From a virus (taxonomy: Duplodnaviria > Caudoviricetes): DNA of 42,971 bases. This document shows, piece by piece, positions 17,677 to 27,955 of the stretch. The notes beneath the pieces are model-generated. The model saw only the letters and a program-made list of their open reading frames with translations, was not told the DNA's origin and did no database searches. Numbering within the stretch: the first letter of the stretch is position 1; each line of letters starts with the position of its first letter. Made by a program: the position numbers and the translations under genes. The stretch is from IMG/VR virus record IMGVR_UViG_3300025862_000008, positions 1 to 42,971 of that record; one strand, written 5' to 3'.

Positions 17677-20600
17677 TTACGAGCCCAGGAAGCTCACTCC
17701 AATATCTGAAGTCAGGTTCAAAACGATGGGCTTCTCGTTGGCGTTGATCGGGATAGCGTCGCTTCCGACTCCATAAATAGGTGACACAATGGTGACGGAG
17801 GGGACCCCCACGACCTTCGAGGCCGCAGCGACGATCGCACTCAACGCAATGGATTCGCCCACTCCAGTCTGATTGATGACGGTGGCGACGGCCGAGCGCA
17901 CACGATCCGCGATTCCATCCTGCGTCACGCCTGAGCGAACGCGCAAAAGGAGCGAAACGGAGATGCGCTTGATAAGCGGACCTGCAATGTCCACGTTCGC
18001 CCCCTCCGACGCCTGCCCCGGGTAGGTTGTTGGATCGGACGGCGATCCGTAGATGACTCGATTTGCCTCCCCGATCAAACCGGTTGAATAACGGTACCCG
18101 TCCGAGCCCGAGGCGAACGTGAGTGGGAAGTTCAGTTTGTCCAGAACCGAGACGATCGAGCCCGCTCCCTCTCCGATGCCCGAGCAACTCGGGATCGAGT
18201 CCCACCTCAAATCTGTGAACGTCCCGTCCGCAAGGTTCGGGGCGATGCCGTCGACCTTGAGGATGAAGCTGGTCGCGGCGTTCTCGATCAGGTAGGCGAG
18301 GCCCACCGTCGTCGAGGTCAAGGCGGGGCCGGCGCCCTGGGGCACGGGCGTGCGAACGCTGGTGTCGACGGTGAAGCGGTCGTAGTTCGCGAATTGGTCA
18401 CCCGAGCCCGCGGAGGTCTCGCCAACGGCCTTGATCGTCCACGTGCCCTGGTTGGCGGTACCCCAGATCGGGGTAGAGAGCACGAAGGTGTCGCCTGGCA
18501 TCACCGAATTCGTGGTGTAGAGAGCGATCTCGCACTCGGCGATCTCATCGATGCTGTTGGCGTTCTCGATGAAGACGCCGCCTCTGGCGCCCGTCTCCAC
18601 GTTCGCGGTGCGGAGTACGCGGTAAAGGCCCTGGTTTGCGGACGAGACCTGTGGAAAGCCACTGGTCGGGGAGACCGCGGGCGTGATGCGGAGCCAGGCG
18701 CCGGCTGCTGCCGACGACAGTGCGACGTTGCCTGCGATCCCCATGTCCGAGACGAACACGAAGTCGCCCTGGCGCTCGATCGAGACCTTGGCTTGGATAG
18801 CGGTGAGGGTAGGGGCAATGACGGGAGCGCTGAACGTGACGAGGCCGGCCGCATTCCAGCCCGTGATCGAGAGGCCGAGGCCGAGGTTGTTGGTGATCGG
18901 CAGCGGGGTCGAGTTGTCCACGCGACACCAGAAGCCCTTGGCGATTCCAGCCGCGTCCGCGGTCCTGATGGTAGAGGCCGACTTCGCGGTCAGGGTGCGA
19001 GTAGTGCCGACGAGCGGGACCGCGACAGTGTTCGAGAGGCCGCCTTGGACCTGCACACCACCGGCCGATCCCGGGGTCAGGGAGGCGATCTGGACCTTGG
19101 TGCCGTCGCCCGAGGCCTGAATGCTGCAAGCGGTGAAGAGGCCGGTGATCGTGGGCGCGTTCAGCCAGTTCACGACGTTCTTGGTCGTGGACGGAGCGAT
19201 GTGGACGACCTCGTTCTGCCAGGCCGCGTTCGCGGACAGGGCCCCGTTGATCGGTTTCTTGAACGTGAGCTGGTAGTTGCTGCCGGGCAGCACGGTGACC
19301 TCGACCCAGTTCACGCCATCGGACAGCAAGTACCAGCCCTTACTGTTGTCGATGGTGTCTGGCGTGTTGCCGGCGACGGTTCCGCTGCCGGAGCCGAGGA
19401 CGGCGGCGGTGATCGGGCACGTCGAGTTCGTGGCTGCCGCCAAAGCGTTGATGGCGGCGACGACGGTGGTGACCGTCTGCGGAGCATTGGAGATCACCTG
19501 CAGGTTCGTGGAGACGCCAAGCGGCTGCCAGACCAGGGTCCCGCTGGGGGTAAGGCCGGATCCATCGAGTTGGTCGCCTGACAGCGTGGTGACATTGCCA
19601 CCACCGGCGTCGACGGCCGAGATCTGGAAGGTGACGTTGCTGAGCGCGCTGGAGCCGGCGTTGCAACGGAGCCAGTCGTTGACGGCGGTCGAGCTGCCCG
19701 AGAACGTGGCTTCACCGGCGGAGTCATAGGAGACATCGCCGATGTTGGTGTCGGGGCCTGCATTCGCGGCAGTCTCAGCGTACGAGATCGTGGTCGCCGC
19801 GCGCGCAGTAATGGTTTTCTGGCCAGAACTGAAGTCGGCGCTGGTGCTCTGGACCCAGACCACGTTGCCGACCTGGAGGCCGTGGTCGGTCACTCCAGAG
19901 GGCAGCGTCAGGGTCAGGGTGTCGACATTCGATGTGCGGCTCGCGCTCGCGGCCTTCAGATTCAGGACCTGGACGATCGTGGCTGTGCCGCCGCCGTCGA
20001 CTGCGGTCGCTGCCTGGCCGAGGTTCGTCGTGTTGCGGACGGTCGGCGACCGCAAGGATCCCGAGGCCAGTTTGATGGTGACGTCGGTCTTATCGGCAGC
20101 CATCGTCGTGGTGACAGTGAGAGCAGTGTTCGGGGCCACGGGGTTGCCGAAGCGTGCGCGGGCGGTGTCGCCCTCGGGCCCGAGCCGGTAGAAGCGGAAC
20201 AGCAATGACCGCGTCGAATCGCCGCTGAAGGCCACGGCCCGCGAGTTCATGTAGACGGAGAAGTCGTTGAAGTCGTAGGTGCTGCCGAACGTGTTCTGGA
20301 GGCCGGTGCTGGCGTCCGCGTCCGTGAACGTGTTCGTCTGCAGGTAGGTGTTGCCCACTGGAGCCAGCGTCCTCCACATCTTGACGGAGAAGCGCTTGGA
20401 GATGTCGTTGTCGACGATGACCGTGAGGTCGTCCGAGGGCCCGATCGCGAACGGGGCGGCTAGGTAAGCGCGGTCGAGAGGTGCCCAGGGCTCAATGCCT
20501 GGGGTACGGAGATCGATGCGGGAGATGTCGGTATAGGCCTGAGTCCCCGTGATCCGGGTCCTGAAGCCCCGATTGCTGCCTGCGCGAGCATAGAAGGACG

Positions 20601-23600
20601 CAGGTGAGTAGGCGCTCGTCCCGTCCGATCCGCGCCACCAGTTGTGGAGGCCGACGAGGGAGTAGGCCACGTCGACGGCCGCGGCGCCGACGACGATGCT
20701 GCCGCTGGCGGTGTTCGCGCGCACGTCGATATCGTTGAACGCACTTGTGCCCAGCTCGCTCTTTGACTCGACGGCGCCCACGTGGTCGGTGAGGTTCTCG
20801 GTGGCGCTGGCTGGCGTGAGCCCGAATCCGGCCGCGGCCGGGTTCTGCGCGACCAGGGCGATGTCGCCGTACTGGGCATGCGTGTTGGTTGTAATCCTGA
20901 CCCTATTGGTCTGGTAGATGGTAGCGGTGGCGCCGGTGAGCGCGGGCGGCAGCGAGAGGCCGGTAAGGCCAGGGTTCGAGGCGTCAGCGTTGACAACGCC
21001 TGCAAACGTGCTAGCGGTGTAGTTTGTGGCGACCGGGACATCGACCTCGCGAACGAGGCCTGCGGTCCTGACTACGGCGGCTCCGCCACCAGTCAACGTG
21101 ACGGTTCCGAGGCCTGGGTCTGGCAACGACCAGATGTTGGCGGTGTTGTCGTACTGCTCGATTGTCGCAGTCGGCAAGAAGCCGAACGTCGTCGAGAGCT
21201 GAACCACGCCGCCGATGACGATTACGCGGTTCGCAACGGTCCCGGAGCCGTTGGAAATAGGGACGAACTGGGCTAGCCAACGCCCCGAAGTCTCTACGGT
21301 GTTGGCGTCGAGGGCGGTGTTGGTGAAGGTGGTGCCGTCGCACTGGAAGCCGACCGAAGTCGACAGATCGCTGGAGGTCCCGTTCAGGCCCAGGACGTGT
21401 CCGTTAGGCAACAGCACGAGGCCGTTCTCCTCGAAGTTCATGCTGCTGGGAAGGTTGGTCTCCGTGCCCCAGGTTGCGGTGCTGATCGTGAAAATCTCGT
21501 ACGTGGACTTGCCGGTGGCCCCGAATCGGTTGCCGGCCGCGAGTACGGTGGTCGGGGAGGTCCCGACGAGCGAGAGCCCGAACGAGGAGCGCGGCCTCGC
21601 CATGCTCGTGCTGGCGGTAGAAGTCAGGGTACCGCTGTTCCAGATCTCGGTCGTGGCGAGGTCGGAACCGTTGCTGCCGCCGACGATGAAGACGTTGCCG
21701 TTCGGCAGCAAGACCTGTTTGTGGCTGCGGCGCACGGCCACCATGGTGCCGGTGGTGGTGATCGTGTCCGTGTTGGGGTTGTAGACTACGAGGGAATTGG
21801 TGGGCCCGACCGGGGTTTGGCCACCGGTGATGAGGACGCTGCCATTGGCGAGCAGCGTGGCCTGGTGCCTGGTCACGGCGACGGGCAGCACCGCCGATTT
21901 GGTGGTCCAGGTGTTGGAAGTCGGGTTGTAGACCTCCATCGACGTCAGTCTAGTGCCGGAGTCGTCCAGGCCACCGGTGACGAGCACGGTGCCGTCCTGG
22001 AGCAGGGTGGCGGTGTGGCTGGCCCGTGCAAACGACATCGGGGCGCAAGGAGCTGAGAGGCTCGTGTTCGGGTCGTAGATCTCGCAGGCGCTGGTTGCAC
22101 CGATCGGGTCAGACAACGTAGAAGAGATCGGGCTTGTCCCGCCGCCGGTGGTCAGGACCTTTCCGATGGTGGCCCCCGAGCCAGCGAACGCGACCGAGCG
22201 ATGTCCGACGCGGAGCGCGGACCCGAGCCGGCGCTCGACGACGAGCGCGTTCCCTGCAGTGACGGACACTACTCGGAACGAGCCCTGCAGAGAGGTGTCC
22301 AGGGCGGGATCCCAAAGGACCAGCCAGTCGCCGGCCTGGATATTAACGAACGGAGTGCCGGCGCTTGCCAGCAACTTGAGCGTGTGCCCCCAGTCGTGCA
22401 TCGCAGCGACGCTGACGGAGATCGAGGTGGCACTGTTGATGCCGGTCGTGACGATCTGCGCGTCTCCATCGACGACGAACCACATCTTTGCCACGCTCGA
22501 CAGCGTGGTCAGGGGGATGACGTTGGACTGGGCGAACGCTCGCGTGTTGAGAGAGCCCAGCGACAGCCGATCGCCCGCCGACAAAGCCGACGTCAGGGTG
22601 ATCTGCGATGCGTTCCGGTTGAGGACGAAGTCCGAAGCCGAGCCCTGGGCGCTGACCACCGAGAACAGCTTATTGGTGACCAACGTAGATCCGTTGAGGA
22701 TGCTGACCGCCGACTTGTTGCTGGCGCCGGAGTTGCTCGTCAGCACGATGCGGCCGTTGCCGTTGCTGGCGGTGATGCCTGGTACGGCTGCGTTGATGAC
22801 CGAGACCCAGGCGTCGACGCTGTTGCGCCCCATGCTGGTGAAGCCTGTTGCGGCGTCGATGAAGCTCTGGCCCGAAAAAGTGAGCGTGATCGACGGAGTC
22901 CCGTCGACCGACAAGATGAGGGTCTGGGTCCCCGAAATGATGTTCCACTCGGAGAAGGCCAGGCCGGCAACGGAGGCAACGGTGCCGTCCTTGGTCAGCA
23001 GGCGATCGTTCTTGTAGAGCTGGACCGTGTAGACAACGTTCGGGGGGAACAGGAGAGCTGCATTCGCGTCAGTACCGGCGCCAGCGATCACCTCGACGTC
23101 CTCGTTGGTGTCTGCTTTGGCAAAGACGACGACCTGGGAGCCGTCCAAGGTCCGGGCCTGGAACGTCAACTGCGGGTTTGCGTTGATCGAGGCAACGACC
23201 TCGTACGCCGAAGCGTTGCCGATCGAGGCGAAGCCGCTGGAGTCGAAGACGTGGACCGAGGTCGTGCCAGCCACGTTGACCGACAGCACCGCGCCCTGCG
23301 ATAGGGCGAACGGGGCCGAGTTCTGCGTCAGGCAAAAAGCCTTGGCTACAGGGCGCTGGGAGATCGAGATGTCCTGCTCGCCGCCGGCCGCGGAGTCGAT
23401 GAGGATCTCGATGGCGACGGAGGCGGTCTGTTCTTCGTAGCCGGTGCCGTCATCGACGTAGAGGGTCGAGGTGCTGCCGCGGCGGACGATCGAGGAAGAA
23501 GCAACGCGCTTGTTCTCGTCGGTGGAGGTGATCCCGATAACGGAGTTGGTAAGGGCGAGTGTGGTCCCGGTTTGGCGCGACTCGGCAACAGCGCGGATGC

Positions 23601-24426
23601 GCTCTCGATAGGGGTCGTCTAGCTCCGTATCTACGCCATTCGAGAACGGAAGCGGGTTGGTGACGGTGGCCCCTGCGAAAGGGGGCTGCACGAACTGCAC
23701 GATCGAATTCGCAAGCACGTTGCCGACGGTCCCCTTGAGCTGGGAGACCACGGTAACGCCCGTGACAAAGGTCTCACCATCAGATATGGTCACCGCGTAC
23801 AGGGTCCGGAATTGGACGGCGGCCGCCACGTTCGCCTGAGGTGTCTGGCATACGTTGCCCGGGCCGACGGTCCGGTTGCCACCCTGAGCCAGGACAATTG
23901 TCTCGGTCGTATTGTGGAATGAGGTGGTGCCGGTCGCAAGCGTCAGCGTCCAGTGGGTGCCAACGTTGGCCTTGGAGGTGTAGGCGATGGGACCTTCGTA
24001 GTTCGTTGTCCCACGACCTACGTACACGGAGCCGGTGGCGGGGAATAAGGTGGCGTCTACGAGAGAAAGGACCGTGCTGCCAACGATGGGGGCGGAGCCG
24101 CCCTGGAAGAGCGAGGTCGCCACCTTCGTGAAAGAGCTATCGGAGATGATGACGGTGCCGCTGGCCGCGGACTGCTGAAGCCGCGGGCACTGCTCGTCCT
24201 TGCCCTTGCGGTCGAGGGCGGTGCCGGTCGAGTTGTCCAGCGAGGTTGCGTTCAGGAGCCCGAACACGTCCTGGGACGAACGCAGGTCGCTGCGGGCCGA
24301 GCCTTCGAGCATCGACAGGATGCCTCCGCCGACGCGCAAATTTTTAACGCCGACGCGGGCCCTAAAGCTGTCGACCAAATCGCCGACGATCTGGTTGTAA
24401 CTGCGGGGTACAGGAATTTGGGCCAT
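17677..24426 (-). CDS. giant baseplate J-like (wedge) protein with internal Kelch propeller
   Basis: LDNSTGTALDR, GTVGNVLANSI, VTNPLPFSNGVDTELDDPYRERI; J-type C-terminus (INQTGVGESIALSAIVAA); about 7 Kelch repeats. Confidence 0.85.
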   Translation of the reverse strand: MAQIPVPRSYNQIVGDLVDSFRARVGVKNLRVGGGILSMLEGSARSDLRSSQDVFGLLNATSLDNSTGTALDRKGKDEQCPRLQQSAASGTVIISDSSFTKVATSLFQGGSAPIVGSTVLSLVDATLFPATGSVYVGRGTTNYEGPIAYTSKANVGTHWTLTLATGTTSFHNTTETIVLAQGGNRTVGPGNVCQTPQANVAAAVQFRTLYAVTISDGETFVTGVTVVSQLKGTVGNVLANSIVQFVQPPFAGATVTNPLPFSNGVDTELDDPYRERIRAVAESRQTGTTLALTNSVIGITSTDENKRVASSSIVRRGSTSTLYVDDGTGYEEQTASVAIEILIDSAAGGEQDISISQRPVAKAFCLTQNSAPFALSQGAVLSVNVAGTTSVHVFDSSGFASIGNASAYEVVASINANPQLTFQARTLDGSQVVVFAKADTNEDVEVIAGAGTDANAALLFPPNVVYTVQLYKNDRLLTKDGTVASVAGLAFSEWNIISGTQTLILSVDGTPSITLTFSGQSFIDAATGFTSMGRNSVDAWVSVINAAVPGITASNGNGRIVLTSNSGASNKSAVSILNGSTLVTNKLFSVVSAQGSASDFVLNRNASQITLTSALSAGDRLSLGSLNTRAFAQSNVIPLTTLSSVAKMWFVVDGDAQIVTTGINSATSISVSVAAMHDWGHTLKLLASAGTPFVNIQAGDWLVLWDPALDTSLQGSFRVVSVTAGNALVVERRLGSALRVGHRSVAFAGSGATIGKVLTTGGGTSPISSTLSDPIGATSACEIYDPNTSLSAPCAPMSFARASHTATLLQDGTVLVTGGLDDSGTRLTSMEVYNPTSNTWTTKSAVLPVAVTRHQATLLANGSVLITGGQTPVGPTNSLVVYNPNTDTITTTGTMVAVRRSHKQVLLPNGNVFIVGGSNGSDLATTEIWNSGTLTSTASTSMARPRSSFGLSLVGTSPTTVLAAGNRFGATGKSTYEIFTISTATWGTETNLPSSMNFEENGLVLLPNGHVLGLNGTSSDLSTSVGFQCDGTTFTNTALDANTVETSGRWLAQFVPISNGSGTVANRVIVIGGVVQLSTTFGFLPTATIEQYDNTANIWSLPDPGLGTVTLTGGGAAVVRTAGLVREVDVPVATNYTASTFAGVVNADASNPGLTGLSLPPALTGATATIYQTNRVRITTNTHAQYGDIALVAQNPAAAGFGLTPASATENLTDHVGAVESKSELGTSAFNDIDVRANTASGSIVVGAAAVDVAYSLVGLHNWWRGSDGTSAYSPASFYARAGSNRGFRTRITGTQAYTDISRIDLRTPGIEPWAPLDRAYLAAPFAIGPSDDLTVIVDNDISKRFSVKMWRTLAPVGNTYLQTNTFTDADASTGLQNTFGSTYDFNDFSVYMNSRAVAFSGDSTRSLLFRFYRLGPEGDTARARFGNPVAPNTALTVTTTMAADKTDVTIKLASGSLRSPTVRNTTNLGQAATAVDGGGTATIVQVLNLKAASASRTSNVDTLTLTLPSGVTDHGLQVGNVVWVQSTSADFSSGQKTITARAATTISYAETAANAGPDTNIGDVSYDSAGEATFSGSSTAVNDWLRCNAGSSALSNVTFQISAVDAGGGNVTTLSGDQLDGSGLTPSGTLVWQPLGVSTNLQVISNAPQTVTTVVAAINALAAATNSTCPITAAVLGSGSGTVAGNTPDTIDNSKGWYLLSDGVNWVEVTVLPGSNYQLTFKKPINGALSANAAWQNEVVHIAPSTTKNVVNWLNAPTITGLFTACSIQASGDGTKVQIASLTPGSAGGVQVQGGLSNTVAVPLVGTTRTLTAKSASTIRTADAAGIAKGFWCRVDNSTPLPITNNLGLGLSITGWNAAGLVTFSAPVIAPTLTAIQAKVSIERQGDFVFVSDMGIAGNVALSSAAAGAWLRITPAVSPTSGFPQVSSANQGLYRVLRTANVETGARGGVFIENANSIDEIAECEIALYTTNSVMPGDTFVLSTPIWGTANQGTWTIKAVGETSAGSGDQFANYDRFTVDTSVRTPVPQGAGPALTSTTVGLAYLIENAATSFILKVDGIAPNLADGTFTDLRWDSIPSCSGIGEGAGSIVSVLDKLNFPLTFASGSDGYRYSTGLIGEANRVIYGSPSDPTTYPGQASEGANVDIAGPLIKRISVSLLLRVRSGVTQDGIADRVRSAVATVINQTGVGESIALSAIVAAASKVVGVPSVTIVSPIYGVGSDAIPINANEKPIVLNLTSDIGVSFLGS

Positions 24427-24427
24427 G

Positions 24428-25210
24428 TTAGGCTGTTCTCATTTCCATATAAGATCGTTGGGTTACGCTGTGTTCGTAGATGGCGGCGATGTGGGTCAAG
24501 AACGTCTCAACGCCCATCGTGCGCTTCATATAGTTACAGGTGGAGCAGCACGGAACGACGTTGCCTTCGACATACCCAACTGAGTTATCGACACGATCGA
24601 TACCGTTGTAGATCCACGGGACCTTCTTCGGAGAACTGATCTGCTTTGGTGCACCGTTACAGTAATGGCAGTTTCGTTTTGTCAGCTCTGCGACGGTATC
24701 TTCGGACAAAGACCAGGCAAGGTCGCGATTTGCCGCACATGTTTTGTATTGGGAGACAACCAGGGCGAACCCCGTTCCCCGCGTGCCAGTTCTTTCCCTT
24801 TCCTTCGCTGCATGTTCTTTGAGAAAAGTCACGACCGAGCAGCCGCACGACTTGGAACCTCCTGCCAGTAGACCTTGTGACGACACAACCTTCTCGACCC
24901 CGCAGTCACATCTACAGAGCCACCTGGCTCCAGGGTGCTTACCTTTTCCTGCACGTGCGACAACCAGCCACTTGCAGAACCTCAGTCCCAGAAGATCCTT
25001 CAAGGTCCTTGTCTCTCGGAGACATCCGCACGACTTACACCTCCCTGAGCGGAGTTCTGCTGCCAATTTTCCAACCTTGACGCCCCCACAGGTGCATCTG
25101 CAGTCCACGACCGTCCTGCCATCCGCTCTCCGATAGGCGGCAGTCACTGTCAGTTGGCCAAAGACGGTCCCCACATCGACATCGGGGGCGCATACATGCG
25201 GTCGGCTCAT
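24428..25210 (-). CDS. HNH endonuclease
   Basis: Two FGxLxV...CxCxCG...SCGC repeats, CHYC, GIDRVDNSVGYVEGNVVPCCSTCNYMK; AT-richer than flanks. Confidence 0.92.
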   Translation of the reverse strand: MSRPHVCAPDVDVGTVFGQLTVTAAYRRADGRTVVDCRCTCGGVKVGKLAAELRSGRCKSCGCLRETRTLKDLLGLRFCKWLVVARAGKGKHPGARWLCRCDCGVEKVVSSQGLLAGGSKSCGCSVVTFLKEHAAKERERTGTRGTGFALVVSQYKTCAANRDLAWSLSEDTVAELTKRNCHYCNGAPKQISSPKKVPWIYNGIDRVDNSVGYVEGNVVPCCSTCNYMKRTMGVETFLTHIAAIYEHSVTQRSYMEMRTA

Positions 25211-25218
25211 CGCCTAGG

Positions 25219-25225
25219 ATGATTG
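25219..25225 (-). promoter_or_regulatory. motif L
   Basis: Intergenic; 8 nt to ATG 25210. Confidence 0.65.
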
Positions 25226-25248
25226 CGGTCGCACCTCCGCCCCCCCGC

Positions 25249-27741
25249 TTAGGAGTCGGTCGAGATACCATCGCTGACGTCCAGGCCGATTGGGACCACC
25301 GTCGACGTGCCAGCCAGGGTCACCGCAACATTTAGCTGCGCGGTGGGCCCGTTGATCGACACTGTCGCGGACTTGACCCCGGCGAATGTGGGGTTCCCTT
25401 CGAAAAGCGCGCTCGTTGCCCTGGAGATGTCCGTCGCGGACATGTCAGCGATGCTCATCCCCGGGGCCAAGGGGAGGCCGTACTGCGGGTGGCCTAAAAG
25501 TGTACCCCTTCGAGTTTGGACGGCCAGACGGACGGCTTGCGTTATGTTCACCAGTCCAACCGCCCAGCGATTGTCGCCGTCCGGGGCGATAACCAGGTCG
25601 TTCTTGGGGGTCAGCAGGAAGTCGATGCCACCGATGGCTAGCATCGGGTCGTACGAATCCACACCGACGATTGACTTGGTGCGGAAGTCCTCGTTGCTCT
25701 GGGGGTCTTGGTCGCTCGGGATATAGATGATCTGCTGGCTATTAACTGTACCTGGCAAAAACCCTTGCAAAGAGGCCCCGGCAAGAACGGTGTACAAATT
25801 CATGTTGGGCAGCCCGTCGACCACGACCAGATGCTGGCTCGGGGAGAGGTCCACGATCTTTGTGATGCGGCGGCAGGTCCGAGCTGTCCCGCGGGATGAG
25901 ATCCAGACGGGCTGACCCACGCACAAGTACGAGGCATCGGCGACCATCAGCGTGTCGTCGGCTCCGTTGATCAACAGCGGCAGCTCGAACCCCTCCTCGT
26001 CGACGTACGGGGATTGGAGTCCATTTAGGGCGGCTATCTCGAACCACCGAAGCGGATCTCCCAAATATCTGTTCGCCAACATCTCAAGCGTCGAGCCATA
26101 ATGAAAGGGAACCGCGAACTTGGATTTCGGCGTCGTAAAGGCGATACCGCTCCGCGCAGCCAGCCCGGCCATTGCAGCAATCGAAGAGAGCTTGGGGTTC
26201 AGGTCGTTGTCGGTGTTGACGATCAGGCGCTCGAATTCGATCTGGAGCTGGCTGAGGGAAAAGAGGACATCGAAGTCGGCGTCGGTCGGCTGCTCCAAAA
26301 CGGTGGGTGTGGACAAGATACCGTACGTCTCGTTGAAGGTGTTGCTCCCGAGCCCGATGGCGTTCGCGAACAGCGTCGAGGTGGCATCTACGGCGTCGTG
26401 CCGGTTTTGGAAGTCAATCCCAGTCAGTCGTCGCGCCCGGGTTCTCTCGTTGGCGATGGCGATGGTCACCTTCGGCTGCAGGCGAAGGTCGCCGATATTG
26501 ATGCCGTTGAACAGGCTGTAGTTGTCGGACGGGGTCAGGAAGGGATCGTTGGCTGGGTGGGCATCGCGGCTCTGCAGCGAGGACGGGTCGCCTGTCTGTT
26601 CGGCTGCCAGATCCAAGAGATCGGCGACCGCGTCGGCCACGGCAGTGATTCCGTTCGTGAAAATGCGGGCTACCGCGCCCGGCGCCGACATCAAATCGAG
26701 GATCGACGGCTTCAGGGCTTGAATGATCGAGTCTGGCATGTCGGCAACGGCCAACGGCACCGATAGAGCGTCCTTTGCGAACAAGGTCAGGTCTCGCATC
26801 GGCTCGTAGAGGCCGTTGTGCACGTCGCCGCCGACCGCTGCTATCGTTGCGCTCGCGTCCTGGACCACAGCACGCACCTGGGAGACCGCCCGCAGCATTG
26901 CAGAGAGCTTCGACGGGTCTTTTTGGACAGGGATGTAGTTGAGGATGGATCCGGCGTTGCCGCCGCCGATGGTGATGCGCTTGAAGGCCTTGAGATTGAG
27001 GCTGTAGTCGTATTTGTAGGCGTTCTTGGAGGACTTTGACACCACGAACTCGCCGGTTGGCGAAACCAGCCAAACGGCCTCCTCCTTCCACGTCGTAAAC
27101 GCCAGGCGAGCGGTCCGACCCGCCTTCGTCCTCTTCAGTTCGAGGTATGCCTCCAGGAAAAGAGACATGAGTCTCATCTGATAGTAGCCGGTAAGGTTTT
27201 CCAGGTCGGCGCCAGGGTTGAATTCCGAGTCATCTACGACGTTGAACGCTGCGGGCTGCGTGGACCCGATCAATGCTGCCGCCGCTACGGTTGCGCTGGC
27301 CGCTGCCAGGGTGCCGCCAAAGATATTGGGGCCGAAGTTGCTCACCGGAGACTGGGCGTTGCTGCGCCCGAACAGAACTCCTGTGGTCCCATTCAGGTGG
27401 ATCATGCGGATCGGGGCTCCGCCGTGCTCTTCGACGACACCGCCGAGCGTTACGTTGGCCGTAACCGCGAACGGCATCGAAATCGTCAATGATTCAGGCG
27501 GGATAGGCAACACGAAGGTCCAAGACGTCCCGTTGGCTGCGGCTTTGGGTGTGTAGGTGTTGCCCTCCTGGCGCTCGACAACCATCAGCGAAAATGGGAA
27601 CGCCTGACACCAACGGAGACCGTCGATCGACGCCGGCCGCGGGTAGGCGATCTCGGTTGATTGGATCGGCGGCAGCGCGTTCTGCTGGACCTGCGCCACA
27701 AAATTGGTGGGGTTGTACGGCGCCGGGGGAGTGAATGCCAC
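25249..27741 (-). CDS. baseplate protein: tube-initiator-like N-terminus, LysM-like domain and gp25/gpW-like C-terminus
   Basis: LPIPPESLTIS; STLEMLANRYLGDPLRWFEIAALNGL (LysM-like); NITQAVRLAVQTRRGTLLGHPQYG (gp25-like). Confidence 0.75.
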   Translation of the reverse strand: MAFTPPAPYNPTNFVAQVQQNALPPIQSTEIAYPRPASIDGLRWCQAFPFSLMVVERQEGNTYTPKAAANGTSWTFVLPIPPESLTISMPFAVTANVTLGGVVEEHGGAPIRMIHLNGTTGVLFGRSNAQSPVSNFGPNIFGGTLAAASATVAAAALIGSTQPAAFNVVDDSEFNPGADLENLTGYYQMRLMSLFLEAYLELKRTKAGRTARLAFTTWKEEAVWLVSPTGEFVVSKSSKNAYKYDYSLNLKAFKRITIGGGNAGSILNYIPVQKDPSKLSAMLRAVSQVRAVVQDASATIAAVGGDVHNGLYEPMRDLTLFAKDALSVPLAVADMPDSIIQALKPSILDLMSAPGAVARIFTNGITAVADAVADLLDLAAEQTGDPSSLQSRDAHPANDPFLTPSDNYSLFNGINIGDLRLQPKVTIAIANERTRARRLTGIDFQNRHDAVDATSTLFANAIGLGSNTFNETYGILSTPTVLEQPTDADFDVLFSLSQLQIEFERLIVNTDNDLNPKLSSIAAMAGLAARSGIAFTTPKSKFAVPFHYGSTLEMLANRYLGDPLRWFEIAALNGLQSPYVDEEGFELPLLINGADDTLMVADASYLCVGQPVWISSRGTARTCRRITKIVDLSPSQHLVVVDGLPNMNLYTVLAGASLQGFLPGTVNSQQIIYIPSDQDPQSNEDFRTKSIVGVDSYDPMLAIGGIDFLLTPKNDLVIAPDGDNRWAVGLVNITQAVRLAVQTRRGTLLGHPQYGLPLAPGMSIADMSATDISRATSALFEGNPTFAGVKSATVSINGPTAQLNVAVTLAGTSTVVPIGLDVSDGISTDS

Positions 27742-27747
27742 GCTGGG

Positions 27748-27754
27748 ATGATTG
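27748..27754 (-). promoter_or_regulatory. motif L
   Basis: 6 nt to GTG 27741. Confidence 0.7.
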
Positions 27755-27859
27755 GCGTTGACCCAGATGGCTGCGGCGCGCTCATAGGGGAAACTGAGAT
27801 ACAGCAGTGGCCGATCGGTTTACAACGCCGACCGGCCACTGGAACTTTAGGCTACTTCT

Positions 27860-27890
27860 ATTAAAGCCGGCCCACCAAAGATGGACCGGC
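27860..27890 (-). terminator. possible intrinsic terminator
   Basis: Minus-strand GCCGGUCCAUC-UUU-GGUGGGCCGGC followed by UUUAAU. Confidence 0.5.
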
Positions 27891-27955
27891 CAGGCGCAGT
27901 TCCCCAATTCGAGGGTGCCCTTCGGCCTAGGCCGACGCGCTTGGGACTTATGGTA

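Noticed and set aside
18394-23304. Long plus-strand ORFs (395 aa, 367 aa, 289 aa) opposite the baseplate gene
   Set aside because: Antisense shadows expected from GC-rich codon usage; no motifs or start signals
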